Notes under the pieces: generated by a model
Databases searched by the model: none
What the model saw: the letters and a program-made list of their open reading frames with translations, nothing else
Told to the model about the DNA's origin: nothing
Position numbers and translations under genes: made by a program
NCBI GenBank assembly: GCA_965221125.1
Contig: CBDCRW010000003.1
Location: 128,001-192,000, forward strand
Source: Alphaproteobacteria bacterium
GTDB taxonomy: Bacteria; Pseudomonadota; Alphaproteobacteria; UBA828
Length of the DNA stretch: 64,000 nucleotides
Reading direction: 5' to 3'
In this document: positions 53,576 through 62,665 of the stretch, in pieces
How the letters are laid out: every line of letters begins with the position of its first letter
Position numbering within the stretch: position 1 is the stretch's first letter

Positions 53576-56043
53576 CGCGGGTTTCTCCGGGGTGCGAGGT
53601 CGCGGGCCTGCGGCGTGACGGCCGCGGCGAGGACGTAGAGCACCAAAGCACAGCCGAGCACGGGCGTGAAGCCGACATGGAGGGCGATGAAGGTCGCGAG
53701 CGACGCGCTCACCACCGAGGCGCAGGCGTTGATCCCCCACGCCCAGGGCACGAGCGCCGGCGCGCGGTCTCCGAGCGCCTTCAGCCCGAGCGGGAACGGC
53801 ATGCCCAAGAGAAAGCCGATGGGCCCGAGCAGCGCGAGCGCCACGGCGATACGCGCATGCGTCGGCAACCCCTGCGCGGCTTCGAAAACGTGGGGCAGCA
53901 ACCCGAGGTAGGCTCCGCCGACGATGACGATGCCGGCCGCGGCAAGCGTAACGGGTTGCCAGCGGCGGGCCAGGCGTGCGAGCCAGTCGGTCGCGCCGGC
54001 GCCGAGGCCCGCAAAGACGAGAAGACCCGCGAGCACCACGGCGATGGCGTAGAGCGGATGGCCGAGAAAGACCGCGAAGCGCTGCATGAACGCGATCTCG
54101 ATGAAGAGGAAGGCCAGGCCCAGGCTCGCGAAGAACAGCACGACACGCCAGCGTGCGGGCGTGGGCGCAGCCGCCGCGCGCGGGCGGCGGAGCGCGAGCA
54201 ACGGCAGCAGGATCAGCACTGCCGCCGCAATCGCGCCCTGCACCAGGGTCGCGACGAGGATGACGAAGCCCCATTCCACCAGCGGCAGGCCGCCTTGCGC
54301 GCGGAGCGCCAGCAGCTCCGGCAGCGTCGCCCACTTCAGGCTGTGGAAGAAGAACGGTCGGTCGTCGGTCGCGGGCCGGAGCGCGAACTTGTATCGCTCT
54401 GCGAAGTCTTCCGGCGCAGGACCGAGAATAGCGGCGGCCGCGCGATGGAATTCGGGCTCCGCAAGGCGGTTATGGCGGTTGGCGTCGGCCTCCGCCATCC
54501 CCGGATGCCAGACCAGGTCGAACGCGTAGTCGTTCGCGAAGGCGCGCAGCCCCGCAATCGCCCTCGCGTCCAACGGTCCCGCGCCCACCACCAGCGTCGT
54601 GGTCTTCCAGCCACGGATCATGGCGAGCTGCGATGCAGGATCGGAGACACCCCGCGCCTCCAGCGCCTGCCGCGCGGTCCAGAGCAGCTTGAGCGAATCG
54701 CGCGGCGGCAGCTTGAGCCAGCGCGTGACGGCGAGCACGCCCTCCGGCGCGAGGCGGCCGAGAAAGGTCTCGAACGCTTCGACCGTGTAGAGCAGCGACT
54801 CGTCCAGCGCGTGCACGCCCGCCGCCGCCGCGCTGAAGGAATCCACCAGGGCGATCTGGATGAGATCCCATTGTTCCGGCGAGCGCGCGGCGAAGCTGCG
54901 TGCATCGGCCACGTGCGTGCGGACCCTCTCGCCCTGCCACGCGGCCTCCTCCGTGCCCGCCAGCACGTCGCGCACGACGGCGAGCACGTCCGGGTTCAGC
55001 TCCACCGCGTCGACCGCGCGGGCGCCGTGGTGCAGCGCGCGCAGCACCTCGGCCCCGCCGCCCGCGCCCAGCACCAGCACGCGCGGGCGGTCGACCATGT
55101 GGTAGGGGAGCGCGGCGGTCTCGGCCTCCAGGTAGCGCAGGTCGGCGTCGGCCGGCGTGATCGCGCTGGGCGCGCCGCCGTCGGTGAAGAGCCCGATCTG
55201 CTCCGGTGGCCCCGCGGGCGCAAGCAGGCTGAGGCCCGGCGCATGGCGGAACGGCACCGTGGGGCTTTCGACCGCCGCGAGCCAGCCGAGCGGCCCGTGG
55301 CGCTCCGCGACGATCCGGGCATCGGGTGCGGTGAGCGCGAGGCTCAACCCCTTGTAGGGCGAGGGATGCGGGCGCAGCCAGTCGTCGGGGAGCGCTGCGG
55401 GGAGCGCGAGCCCGGCGGCGACCGCCAGCCACGCGCCGCCCCGCGCGAGCCGTCCCGCCCTCCCCCACAGCAGGACGATCCCGCCGGAGGCCGCGCCCGC
55501 CACACCCACGACCCTGAGCGCATCGGCAAGCGGCAGGGCGTCGAGCAAAAAAACCATGCCGAGCGCGCCCAGCCCCGCGCCCAGGAGGTCCATGCGGTAG
55601 AGCGCGCCCGCGCGCGCGGCGTGCGCCCGGAAGGCCAGCGCCAACGCCAAAGCCGCCGAGAGGAAGGGCAGCGACAGCACCAGATAGAGCGCGAAGAGCC
55701 AGGCGGGCTGCGCAGGGTCCCAGGCGATCTCCAGCGCGTTGAAGGGGAGCGACTGCACCAGCGCGAAAGCCAGCGGGGCGCCCGCGCCGAAGCCCAATGC
55801 GGCGGCGCCGAAGACCCAGCGAAACCGCGCGAGAAGCGGCCCCTGGAACACCGCCACCAGGCTCCCCGCCGCCCCAAAACCCAGCAGCGCCACCGCGATG
55901 ATCATGTAGGCGAAGTGGTGCCAGTGGACGATCGCCAGCAGGCGCGCCAGCAGGATCTCGTAGCCCAGCACGCCGGCCGAGAGCAGCGCCACGGCGATGA
56001 AGACGCCGGGCCGGGAGAGGCTGTACGCCCCCTCCCCCGTCAC
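53572..56043 (-). CDS. Multi-pass membrane protein with a central spermidine-synthase-like SAM-binding domain
   Basis: N-terminal TMs (YEILLARLLAIVHWHHFAYMII, LYRMDLLGAGLG), VLVLGAGGG, AVELNP, DARSF, LYTVEAF, PATDDRPFF, C-terminal TMs (FIEIAFMQRF, GMPFPLG, WAWGINACASV). Confidence 0.85.
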   Translation of the reverse strand: MTGEGAYSLSRPGVFIAVALLSAGVLGYEILLARLLAIVHWHHFAYMIIAVALLGFGAAGSLVAVFQGPLLARFRWVFGAAALGFGAGAPLAFALVQSLPFNALEIAWDPAQPAWLFALYLVLSLPFLSAALALALAFRAHAARAGALYRMDLLGAGLGALGMVFLLDALPLADALRVVGVAGAASGGIVLLWGRAGRLARGGAWLAVAAGLALPAALPDDWLRPHPSPYKGLSLALTAPDARIVAERHGPLGWLAAVESPTVPFRHAPGLSLLAPAGPPEQIGLFTDGGAPSAITPADADLRYLEAETAALPYHMVDRPRVLVLGAGGGAEVLRALHHGARAVDAVELNPDVLAVVRDVLAGTEEAAWQGERVRTHVADARSFAARSPEQWDLIQIALVDSFSAAAAGVHALDESLLYTVEAFETFLGRLAPEGVLAVTRWLKLPPRDSLKLLWTARQALEARGVSDPASQLAMIRGWKTTTLVVGAGPLDARAIAGLRAFANDYAFDLVWHPGMAEADANRHNRLAEPEFHRAAAAILGPAPEDFAERYKFALRPATDDRPFFFHSLKWATLPELLALRAQGGLPLVEWGFVILVATLVQGAIAAAVLILLPLLALRRPRAAAAPTPARWRVVLFFASLGLAFLFIEIAFMQRFAVFLGHPLYAIAVVLAGLLVFAGLGAGATDWLARLARRWQPVTLAAAGIVIVGGAYLGLLPHVFEAAQGLPTHARIAVALALLGPIGFLLGMPFPLGLKALGDRAPALVPWAWGINACASVVSASLATFIALHVGFTPVLGCALVLYVLAAAVTPQARDLAPRRNPR

Positions 56044-56049
56044 GTGGCG

Positions 56050-56796
56050 CTAGTGCCCGCCGGTCAGCGGAACGAAGATCACCGGCAGGATCTGGCGGCT
56101 GGTCACGCTGCCGTCCTCCCCTTTCTCAACAAGCAGCAGGTGCTGGGTGAGGAAGGCGCTGCCAACCGGGATCACCATGCGCCCGCCCGTCTTGAGCTGG
56201 GCGATGAGCGGCGGCGGCACGTGGCTCGCGGCGGCGGTAACAACGATGATGTCGAAGGGCGCGTGCTCGGGCCAGCCGAAGTAGCCGTCGCCGGCGCGCA
56301 CTGTCACGTTGTCGTAGCCGAGCGCGGCCAGCCTTTCGGCGGCGCTCTCCGCGAGAGGCTGCACGATCTCCACCGTGTAGACCTCGGCCACCAGCTCGGC
56401 GAGGATCGCCGCCTGGTAGCTCGACCCGGTGCCGAGCTCGAAGGCCACGTCGCCCGGCTCAGGCTCCAGCAGGTCGGTCATCAGCGCCACGATGTAGGGC
56501 TGCGAGATGGTCTGGCCGTAGCCGATCGGGAGCGGCCTGTTGAGATAGCCCATGTCCTGCAGCTCCGGCGGCACGAAGAGATGGCGCGGCACCCGGCCCA
56601 CCGCCGCCATCACCTCGGGCGCCAGTTCCGTCTTGCCGATCCACTCGGCGGTCTCTTCCGTGGTCTCGGCGACGGCCCGCACCATCTCGGCTCGCGCCTC
56701 GGCGTACGCATCGTCCGACTCGTCAGCGGCGGCAGGGCCGGCGAGCAGCAGCGCGGCGCAGACAAGCGCGGCGCGGCTGAGTCCAGTGGGTCGCAT
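56050..56796 (-). CDS. pcm: Protein-L-isoaspartate O-methyltransferase with predicted signal peptide
   Basis: VPRHLFVP, PLPIGYGQTISQPYIVALMT, ELGTGSSYQAA, GDGYFGWPEHAPFD, LIAQLKTGGRMVIPVG, FVPL; N-terminus MRPTGLSRAALVCAALLLAGPAAA. Confidence 0.9.
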   Translation of the reverse strand: MRPTGLSRAALVCAALLLAGPAAADESDDAYAEARAEMVRAVAETTEETAEWIGKTELAPEVMAAVGRVPRHLFVPPELQDMGYLNRPLPIGYGQTISQPYIVALMTDLLEPEPGDVAFELGTGSSYQAAILAELVAEVYTVEIVQPLAESAAERLAALGYDNVTVRAGDGYFGWPEHAPFDIIVVTAAASHVPPPLIAQLKTGGRMVIPVGSAFLTQHLLLVEKGEDGSVTSRQILPVIFVPLTGGH

Positions 56797-56822
56797 CGCT
56801 TGCCCCGCCGTCCGGCGCGCCG

Positions 56823-58466
56823 TCAGAGCGCGGCGGCGCGCTCCCTCAGCACGTACTTGCGAATCTTGCCGGTGGACGTCTTGGGCAGCGCGCCGAACAC
56901 CACCGTCTTCGGGCACTTGAAGTGGGCCAGCTCGCCCCGGCAGAACGCGATCAGCCCGGCCTCGTCGGCCTCGGCGCCGTCCTTCAGCGTGACGAAGGCG
57001 CACGGCGTCTCGCCCCAGGTCTCGTCCGGGCGCGCGACCACGGCGGCCTCCATCACTGCCGGGTGGCGGTAGAGCGCGCCCTCGACCTCGATGGTCGAGA
57101 TGTTCTCGCCGCCCGAGATGATGATGTCCTTGGCCCGGTCCTTGAGCTGGATGTAGCCGTCCGCATGCACCACACCCAGGTCGCCGGTGTGGAACCAGCC
57201 GCCGGCGAACGCTTCCTCCGTCGCCTGCGGGTTGTGGAGGTAGCCCTTCATCACCGTGTTGCCGCGCATGAAGACCTCGCCCATGGTCTCGCCGTCCGCC
57301 GGCACCGGCTCGAGCGTGTTCGAGTCGGCAACCATGAGCCCGTCGAGCGTGGCGTAGGGCACGCCCTGGCGCGCCTTGAGCGCCGCCTGCTCGTCGAGCG
57401 GCAGCGCGTTCCACTCGTCGTGCCAGTCGCACACGGTGACCGGGCCGTAGACCTCGGTGAGCCCGTAGACGTGGGTGACGCGGAAGCCGGCCGCCTCCAT
57501 CCGAGCGATGACCGCGGCGGGCGGCGGGGCCGCAGCGGTCATCACCTCGACCTTGTGGTCGAAGGCGACGCGCTCCTCCTCGCTCGCGTTGTTGAGGAGG
57601 TTGAGCACGATCGGCGCGCCGCAGAAGTGCGTGACCTCGTGCGCAGCAATCGCCTGGAAGATGGCCCCGGCTTCCACCTTGCGCAGGCACACGTGCGTGC
57701 CCGAATAGGCGGTGACCGCCCAGGGGAAGCACCAGCCGTTGCAGTGGAATATCGGCAGAGTCCAGAGATAGACCGGCCCCTGCGGCATGGCCCAGGTGAT
57801 GCCGTCGCCCAGCGCATTCAGGTAGGCGCCCCGGTGGTGGTAGAGCACGCCCTTGGGGTTGCCCGTGGTGCCCGAGGTGTAGTTGAGCGAGATCGCGTCC
57901 CACTCGTCCGCCGGCCAGGGCCAGTCGTAATCGGGATCGCCCTCGGCGAGCAGCGCCTCGTACTCGATCTCGCCGATCAGGTCGCCGCCTTCCTCCGGCG
58001 TGTCGTCGATGTCGATGACGGTGGGCCTTACCTTCGCCTGCGAGAGCGCGTCGGCAATGACCGGGGAGAACGCCCGGTCCGTGAGCAGCACCTTGGCCTC
58101 GGCATGGTCGAGGATGAAGGCCAGGGAGGCGGCGTCGAGCCGGTAGTTCAGCGCGTTGAGGATGGCGCCGCTCATGGGCACGCCGTAGTGCGCCTCCAGC
58201 ATCGCCGGCGTGTTGGGGGACATGATCGCCACCGTGTCGCCCTTGCCGATGCCGCGCTTGGCCAGTGCCGAGGCGAGGCGCCGGCAGCGCGCGTAGAACG
58301 CGGCGTAGCTCGCGCTGCGGTCGCCGTGAATCCATCCCGTCCGCTCGGGGAATACCGCAGCGGCGCGGCGCAGGAACGAGAGCGGCGTCAGGGGAACGTA
58401 GTTCGCGTCGTTGCGCGCGAGACCGGCCTCTTCCGGGCTCTTGTCGCTGCGCGTCCCGGCCATCAT
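56823..58466 (-). CDS. Acyl-CoA synthetase (AMP-forming)
   Basis: NYVPLTPLSFL, LNYTSGTTGNPKGV, FHCNGWCFPW, YGLTE, WFHTGDL, DRAKDIIISGGENIS, LPKTSTGKI. Confidence 0.95.
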   Translation of the reverse strand: MMAGTRSDKSPEEAGLARNDANYVPLTPLSFLRRAAAVFPERTGWIHGDRSASYAAFYARCRRLASALAKRGIGKGDTVAIMSPNTPAMLEAHYGVPMSGAILNALNYRLDAASLAFILDHAEAKVLLTDRAFSPVIADALSQAKVRPTVIDIDDTPEEGGDLIGEIEYEALLAEGDPDYDWPWPADEWDAISLNYTSGTTGNPKGVLYHHRGAYLNALGDGITWAMPQGPVYLWTLPIFHCNGWCFPWAVTAYSGTHVCLRKVEAGAIFQAIAAHEVTHFCGAPIVLNLLNNASEEERVAFDHKVEVMTAAAPPPAAVIARMEAAGFRVTHVYGLTEVYGPVTVCDWHDEWNALPLDEQAALKARQGVPYATLDGLMVADSNTLEPVPADGETMGEVFMRGNTVMKGYLHNPQATEEAFAGGWFHTGDLGVVHADGYIQLKDRAKDIIISGGENISTIEVEGALYRHPAVMEAAVVARPDETWGETPCAFVTLKDGAEADEAGLIAFCRGELAHFKCPKTVVFGALPKTSTGKIRKYVLRERAAAL

Positions 58467-58554
58467 GATCTCCCAATCGTCGAAATGGCGCGCGATTCTG
58501 GGCGTGCCCCGCGGCGAATGCAACCGGACGGGCGAGCGCAGCCGGGGAGGCAGG

Positions 58555-59073
58555 GTGCGGCGGCTCTACCTGATGCGTCACGGCAAGGCGGAAGCCGGCA
58601 TGCCGCCCGGCGGCGGCGACCGCGAGCGGGCGCTGGTCGAGCGTGGGCGGCGGGAATGCCGGCGCATGGGCGCCTTCTGCCGCGAACAGTCGCCCGCGCC
58701 GACGCTGATCCTCTGCTCGCCCGCGCGGCGCACGTTGGAAACCAGCGAATCCTTCTGCGAAGGCTTCGGCGAGAGCCTGCCGCAGAAAGACGTGGACGGG
58801 ATCTACATGGGGAGCCCGGGGAGTCTGCTCTACGCCATCGCCGAGGCCGGCGGCGGCGCGGCGGGGGTCCTCGTCATCGGCCACAATCCCGGCCTGCACG
58901 CGCTGGCGCTGGCACTCGGTCGGCGCGGGCCGGGGCCGGCCTACGCGCGGCTGTCCACACGTTTCCCGACGGCGGCGCTCGCGGTCTTCGAGACCGGCAT
59001 CGACGACTGGGCCGCGTTCAGGCCCGAAAGCGCCCGCCTCGTGGACTTCAGGATGGCGAAGGAGTTTCGCTAG
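58555..59073 (+). CDS. SixA-like histidine phosphatase
   Basis: RLYLMRHGKAE, DRERAL..RG, CSPARRT.ET, IGHNPG, FPTAA; GTG start 58555. Confidence 0.88.
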   Translation: MRRLYLMRHGKAEAGMPPGGGDRERALVERGRRECRRMGAFCREQSPAPTLILCSPARRTLETSESFCEGFGESLPQKDVDGIYMGSPGSLLYAIAEAGGGAAGVLVIGHNPGLHALALALGRRGPGPAYARLSTRFPTAALAVFETGIDDWAAFRPESARLVDFRMAKEFR

Positions 59074-59081
59074 CCGGGACT

Positions 59082-60119
59082 TCAGTGCACCCGGTTCGTG
59101 CAGAAGTCGACCACGCCGAGGAAGGCGTCCTTCGCCTCCGACGCGGGGAAGAGACCGAGCGCGTCCCGCGCCATGGCGCTGTAGTGGCGCGCGCGCTCGA
59201 CCGTGTCGTCGATCGCCCCGTGCCGCGCGAGGAGGGCCATCGCGCGGGCGAAGTCGCCCTCCTCCTGCTCCTCCTCTTCCATGACGCGGCGCCAGAAGGC
59301 GCGCTCCTCCTCGTCGCCCCGGCGGAATGCCAGGACCACGGGGAGCGTGATCTTGCCGTCGCGGAAGTCGTCGCCGACCGACTTGCCCAGCACCGACTCG
59401 CGGGCGTCGTAGTCGAGCGCGTCGTCCACCAGCTGATAGGCCGTGCCGAGGTTGAGCCCGAAGCTCCTCAGCGCCTCTTCCTCCGCTGCCGGGCGCTCGG
59501 CCACCACGGCGCCGAGCTGGCAGGCCGCGGCGAAGAGCGCCGCCGTCTTCGCGTTGATCACCTTGAGGTAGGCGTCCTCGCTGGTCTCGGTATCGTTGGA
59601 GGTGGTGAGCTGCATCACCTCGCCCTCGGCCAGCGTGGCGGCGGTATCGGCCAGGATGCCGAGCACGCGAAGCGAGCCGTCGGCGACCGAGATCTGGAAC
59701 GCGCGGCTGAACAGGAAGTCGCCGACCAGAACGCTCGGCTTGTTGCCCCACACCGCGTTCGCCGTCGCCGCGCCCCGCCTGAGCGCGCTGTCGTCGACCA
59801 CGTCGTCGTGGAGCAGCGTCGCGGTATGGATGAACTCGACGCAGGCCGCAAGGTCGATGTGGCGCTTGCCCGTGTAGCCACAGAGCCGGGCGGAGCCCAG
59901 CGTCAGCATCGGCCTCAGCCGCTTGCCGCCGGCGGCGACGATGTGCGCCGCAAGCTCGGAAATGAGCATCACCGAGCTCTGCATGTTGTCGAGAATGACG
60001 CCGTTCACGGCGCGCAGGTCATCCGCGACCAGCCCGTGAAGCTGGTCCAGCGAGGCGCCGGACCCCGCCTTGCGCCGCGCGGCGGCCCGCCCTTCCAGCG
60101 GCACAACCGTGTCTGCCAT
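59082..60119 (-). CDS. ispB: Polyprenyl (octa/decaprenyl) diphosphate synthase
   Basis: GGKRLRP, EFIHTATLLHDDVVD...RRG, VLVGDFL, GEVMQ, KTA, YQLVDDALDY, GKSVGDDFRDGKITLP. Confidence 0.93.
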   Translation of the reverse strand: MADTVVPLEGRAAARRKAGSGASLDQLHGLVADDLRAVNGVILDNMQSSVMLISELAAHIVAAGGKRLRPMLTLGSARLCGYTGKRHIDLAACVEFIHTATLLHDDVVDDSALRRGAATANAVWGNKPSVLVGDFLFSRAFQISVADGSLRVLGILADTAATLAEGEVMQLTTSNDTETSEDAYLKVINAKTAALFAAACQLGAVVAERPAAEEEALRSFGLNLGTAYQLVDDALDYDARESVLGKSVGDDFRDGKITLPVVLAFRRGDEEERAFWRRVMEEEEQEEGDFARAMALLARHGAIDDTVERARHYSAMARDALGLFPASEAKDAFLGVVDFCTNRVH

Positions 60120-60244
60120 CGACCCTCTCGCTTGACGACGCGCCCGCGCAAGGGCATCCATGCGCTTGTACGCCGCCGTTACACTAGCATCTGCCATTCG
60201 GCTCGACACGGATGGTTGGGACTGCCGCTTAAGGTCGGGACGGA

Positions 60245-60457
60245 ATGATCGAGCTCCTGCGCACGAACGACCTGGTCAAGCTCTCGTTCCTCGACGCCGT
60301 GCTGAAGGACGGCGGGATCGAGACCATCGTGCTCGATCAGCACATGAGCGTCCTGGAGGGGAGCGCCGCGGCGATCCCGCGCCGCCTCATGGTGGCCGAC
60401 GAGGACGCGGACGCGGCGCGGCGCATCCTGCGCGAGGTGGGCGAGCTGGATGAGTGA
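60245..60457 (+). CDS. DUF2007 domain protein
   Basis: ELLRTND, LDQHMSVLEGS...IPRRLMV; divergent from ispB and upstream of a methyltransferase, a familiar alphaproteobacterial arrangement. Confidence 0.85.
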   Translation: MIELLRTNDLVKLSFLDAVLKDGGIETIVLDQHMSVLEGSAAAIPRRLMVADEDADAARRILREVGELDE

Positions 60458-61244
60458 GAGCGACTCCGCGCGGGTGACGAGCGACACGCTGCTGGGCGGC
60501 AGGGTCGCGCTGCAGCAGCCGGCGGCGGGCTATCGCGTCGCCATCGATCCGGTGCTGCTGGCCGCTGCGGTGCCGGCGTCGGACGGCGAGCGGGCGCTGG
60601 ACGTGGGCTGCGGCTCCGGCGCGGGCGCTCTCTGCCTCGCCAGCCGCGTGAGCGGCCTGCACGTCACCGGGATCGAGGTGGACCGGGCCTTCGCGCAGCT
60701 CGCCAAGGACAACGCCGCGCTCAACGGCCTGGAGGACCGCATCGACGTCCTGCTCGGCGACTTTGAGCGGCCGCCGCCGAAACTCTCGCCCAAGAGCTTC
60801 GACCACGTCTTCGCGAACCCGCCCTTCTTCGAGAAAGGCGCGCACCAGCCGCCCGCCGCCCGCAACCGCGCGCAGGCGACCGTGGAAGGCGCGGCCGGGC
60901 TGGATGTCTGGCTCGAATTCTGCGCGCGGATGGTCCGCCCCGGCGGCTCGATCACCATCATCCACCGGCCGGAGCGCCTCACCCAGATTCTGGGCGGCCT
61001 GTCCCAGGCGCGCGCGGGCGCCATCGTCGTCTATCCGCTCTGGTCCCATAACCCGTTCTCCGGCGCGCGCGCCAAGAAGACCGCCAACCGCCTCATCGTG
61101 CAGGCAACGACCGAGCACGGCGGGCCGCTGCAGCTCACCCGCGGCATGGTCCTGCACGAGGACGACGGCTCCTACGCCCACGTGGCGGACCGCGTCCTGC
61201 GCGGCGGCGCGGCCCTCGAGCTCCTGGAGGAGCAGGAATGCTGA
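60450..61244 (+). CDS. tRNA1(Val) A37 N6-methyltransferase-like protein (TrmN6/YfiC family)
   Basis: QPAAGYRVAIDPVLLAA, LDVGCGSG, FDHVFANPPF, IHRPERL. Confidence 0.85.
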   Translation: MSESDSARVTSDTLLGGRVALQQPAAGYRVAIDPVLLAAAVPASDGERALDVGCGSGAGALCLASRVSGLHVTGIEVDRAFAQLAKDNAALNGLEDRIDVLLGDFERPPPKLSPKSFDHVFANPPFFEKGAHQPPAARNRAQATVEGAAGLDVWLEFCARMVRPGGSITIIHRPERLTQILGGLSQARAGAIVVYPLWSHNPFSGARAKKTANRLIVQATTEHGGPLQLTRGMVLHEDDGSYAHVADRVLRGGAALELLEEQEC

Positions 61245-62092
61245 GCCGCGTGCTGATGCGCGCGACCTTCCGCCGGCCGCCGCCGGTGGTCTCGGTCGTG
61301 CGCCTTTCCGGCGTGATCGGCCGGGCCGGCATGTTCGGAGGGCGCATCAGCATGGAGAGCGCAGGCCCCGTGCTGCAACGAGCCTTCCGCCAGCCGGGGC
61401 TCAAGGCGGTGGCGCTCGAAATCAACTCGCCGGGAGGCTCGGCCGCGCAGTCGGCGCTCATTCACAACCGCATCCGCGCGCTTGCCGCCGAGCGGGACGT
61501 GCCGGTGATGGCCTTCGTGGAGGACGTCGCCGCGTCCGGCGGCTACTGGCTGGCGGCGGCGGCGGACGAGATCTTCGTGAACGACAACTCCATCGTCGGC
61601 AGCATCGGCGTCATCTATTCCGGCTTCGGCTTCCAGGAGGCGATCGCGAAGCTCGGCGTCGAGCGCAGGCTCTTCACCGCCGGCGAGAAGAAGTCGCTGC
61701 TGGACCCCTTCCTCGCTGTGAACCCTGACGACCTCGGCCGCCTGCGCCGGGTGCAGGACGGGATCCACGACAATTTCAAGGACCTGATCCGCGAGCGGCG
61801 CGGAGCGCGCCTGGCCGACGAGCCCGATCTCTTCAGCGGCGAGTTCTGGCTGGGCAGCAAGGCGATCGGGCTCGGCCTCGCAGACGGGATCGGCGACATC
61901 CGCAGCGTGCTGCGCGAGCGCTACGGGCGGAAGGTCGTCATGCGCCGCATCGGCCGTCGGCGCGGATGGCTCGCGCGCCGCCTCGGCCCCGGCCTCGCCT
62001 TCGGCAGCGACGGCGAGGAGGCCGGCTCGCTGGCGGGCGACCTGCTCGGCGCGATCGAGGCCCGCCTCTGGTGGTCCCGCTACGGGCTCTGA
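61238..62092 (+). CDS. S49 family peptidase (SppA/SohB-like)
   Basis: INSPGGS, EDVAASGGYWLA, SIVGSIGV, TAGEKKS, LFSGEFW. Confidence 0.92.
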   Translation: MLSRVLMRATFRRPPPVVSVVRLSGVIGRAGMFGGRISMESAGPVLQRAFRQPGLKAVALEINSPGGSAAQSALIHNRIRALAAERDVPVMAFVEDVAASGGYWLAAAADEIFVNDNSIVGSIGVIYSGFGFQEAIAKLGVERRLFTAGEKKSLLDPFLAVNPDDLGRLRRVQDGIHDNFKDLIRERRGARLADEPDLFSGEFWLGSKAIGLGLADGIGDIRSVLRERYGRKVVMRRIGRRRGWLARRLGPGLAFGSDGEEAGSLAGDLLGAIEARLWWSRYGL

Positions 62093-62210
62093 ACCGGGCC
62101 GAAAATCTCTCCCCGCCGCCCCGATCGTGCTGGAGGCAGCACCGGCCTTCGACTACGATTTCGGTCAGGCTTCCCTGTGAAGTCGAAACGACGACCAAGG
62201 GGGGAATTCG

Positions 62211-62663
62211 ATGATATCGATGAAGATCAACGGGATCAGCCGGCAGTTCCACGGCGATCCCGACATGCCGCTTCTCTGGTATGTCCGAGACGAGCTCGGG
62301 CTGACAGGAACGAAGTTCGGCTGCGGCGCGGCGCTCTGCGGCGCCTGCACGATTCACCTGGACGGCGAGGCCGTCCGCTCCTGCGTCACCCCGGTCTCGG
62401 AGGCCAACGGCAAGGACGTGACCACCATCGAGGGTCTCGACGCCGAGGGCAACCACCCCGTGCAGCGGGCGTGGCGCGCGAACAACGTGCCGCAGTGCGG
62501 CTACTGCCAGTCCGGCCAGATCATGTCGGCGGCGGCGCTGCTCCACGAGAACCCTGATCCCAGCGACGAAGAGATCGTCGACGGCATGTCCGGCAACATC
62601 TGTCGCTGCGGCACCTACCAGCGGATCTTCTCTGCGGTCCGCACAGCGGCGCAGGAGGTCTGA
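62211..62663 (+). CDS. (2Fe-2S) subunit of an isoquinoline/aldehyde oxidoreductase-type molybdoenzyme
   Basis: [42 protein letters not shown]. Confidence 0.93.
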   Translation: MISMKINGISRQFHGDPDMPLLWYVRDELGLTGTKFGCGAALCGACTIHLDGEAVRSCVTPVSEANGKDVTTIEGLDAEGNHPVQRAWRANNVPQCGYCQSGQIMSAAALLHENPDPSDEEIVDGMSGNICRCGTYQRIFSAVRTAAQEV

Positions 62664-62665
62664 TC

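Noticed and set aside
56050-59751. 1233-aa ORF as a large Pcm fusion
   Set aside because: The upstream portion is an alternate frame over ispB, the SixA-like gene and the acyl-CoA synthetase; Pcm plausibly starts at 56796.
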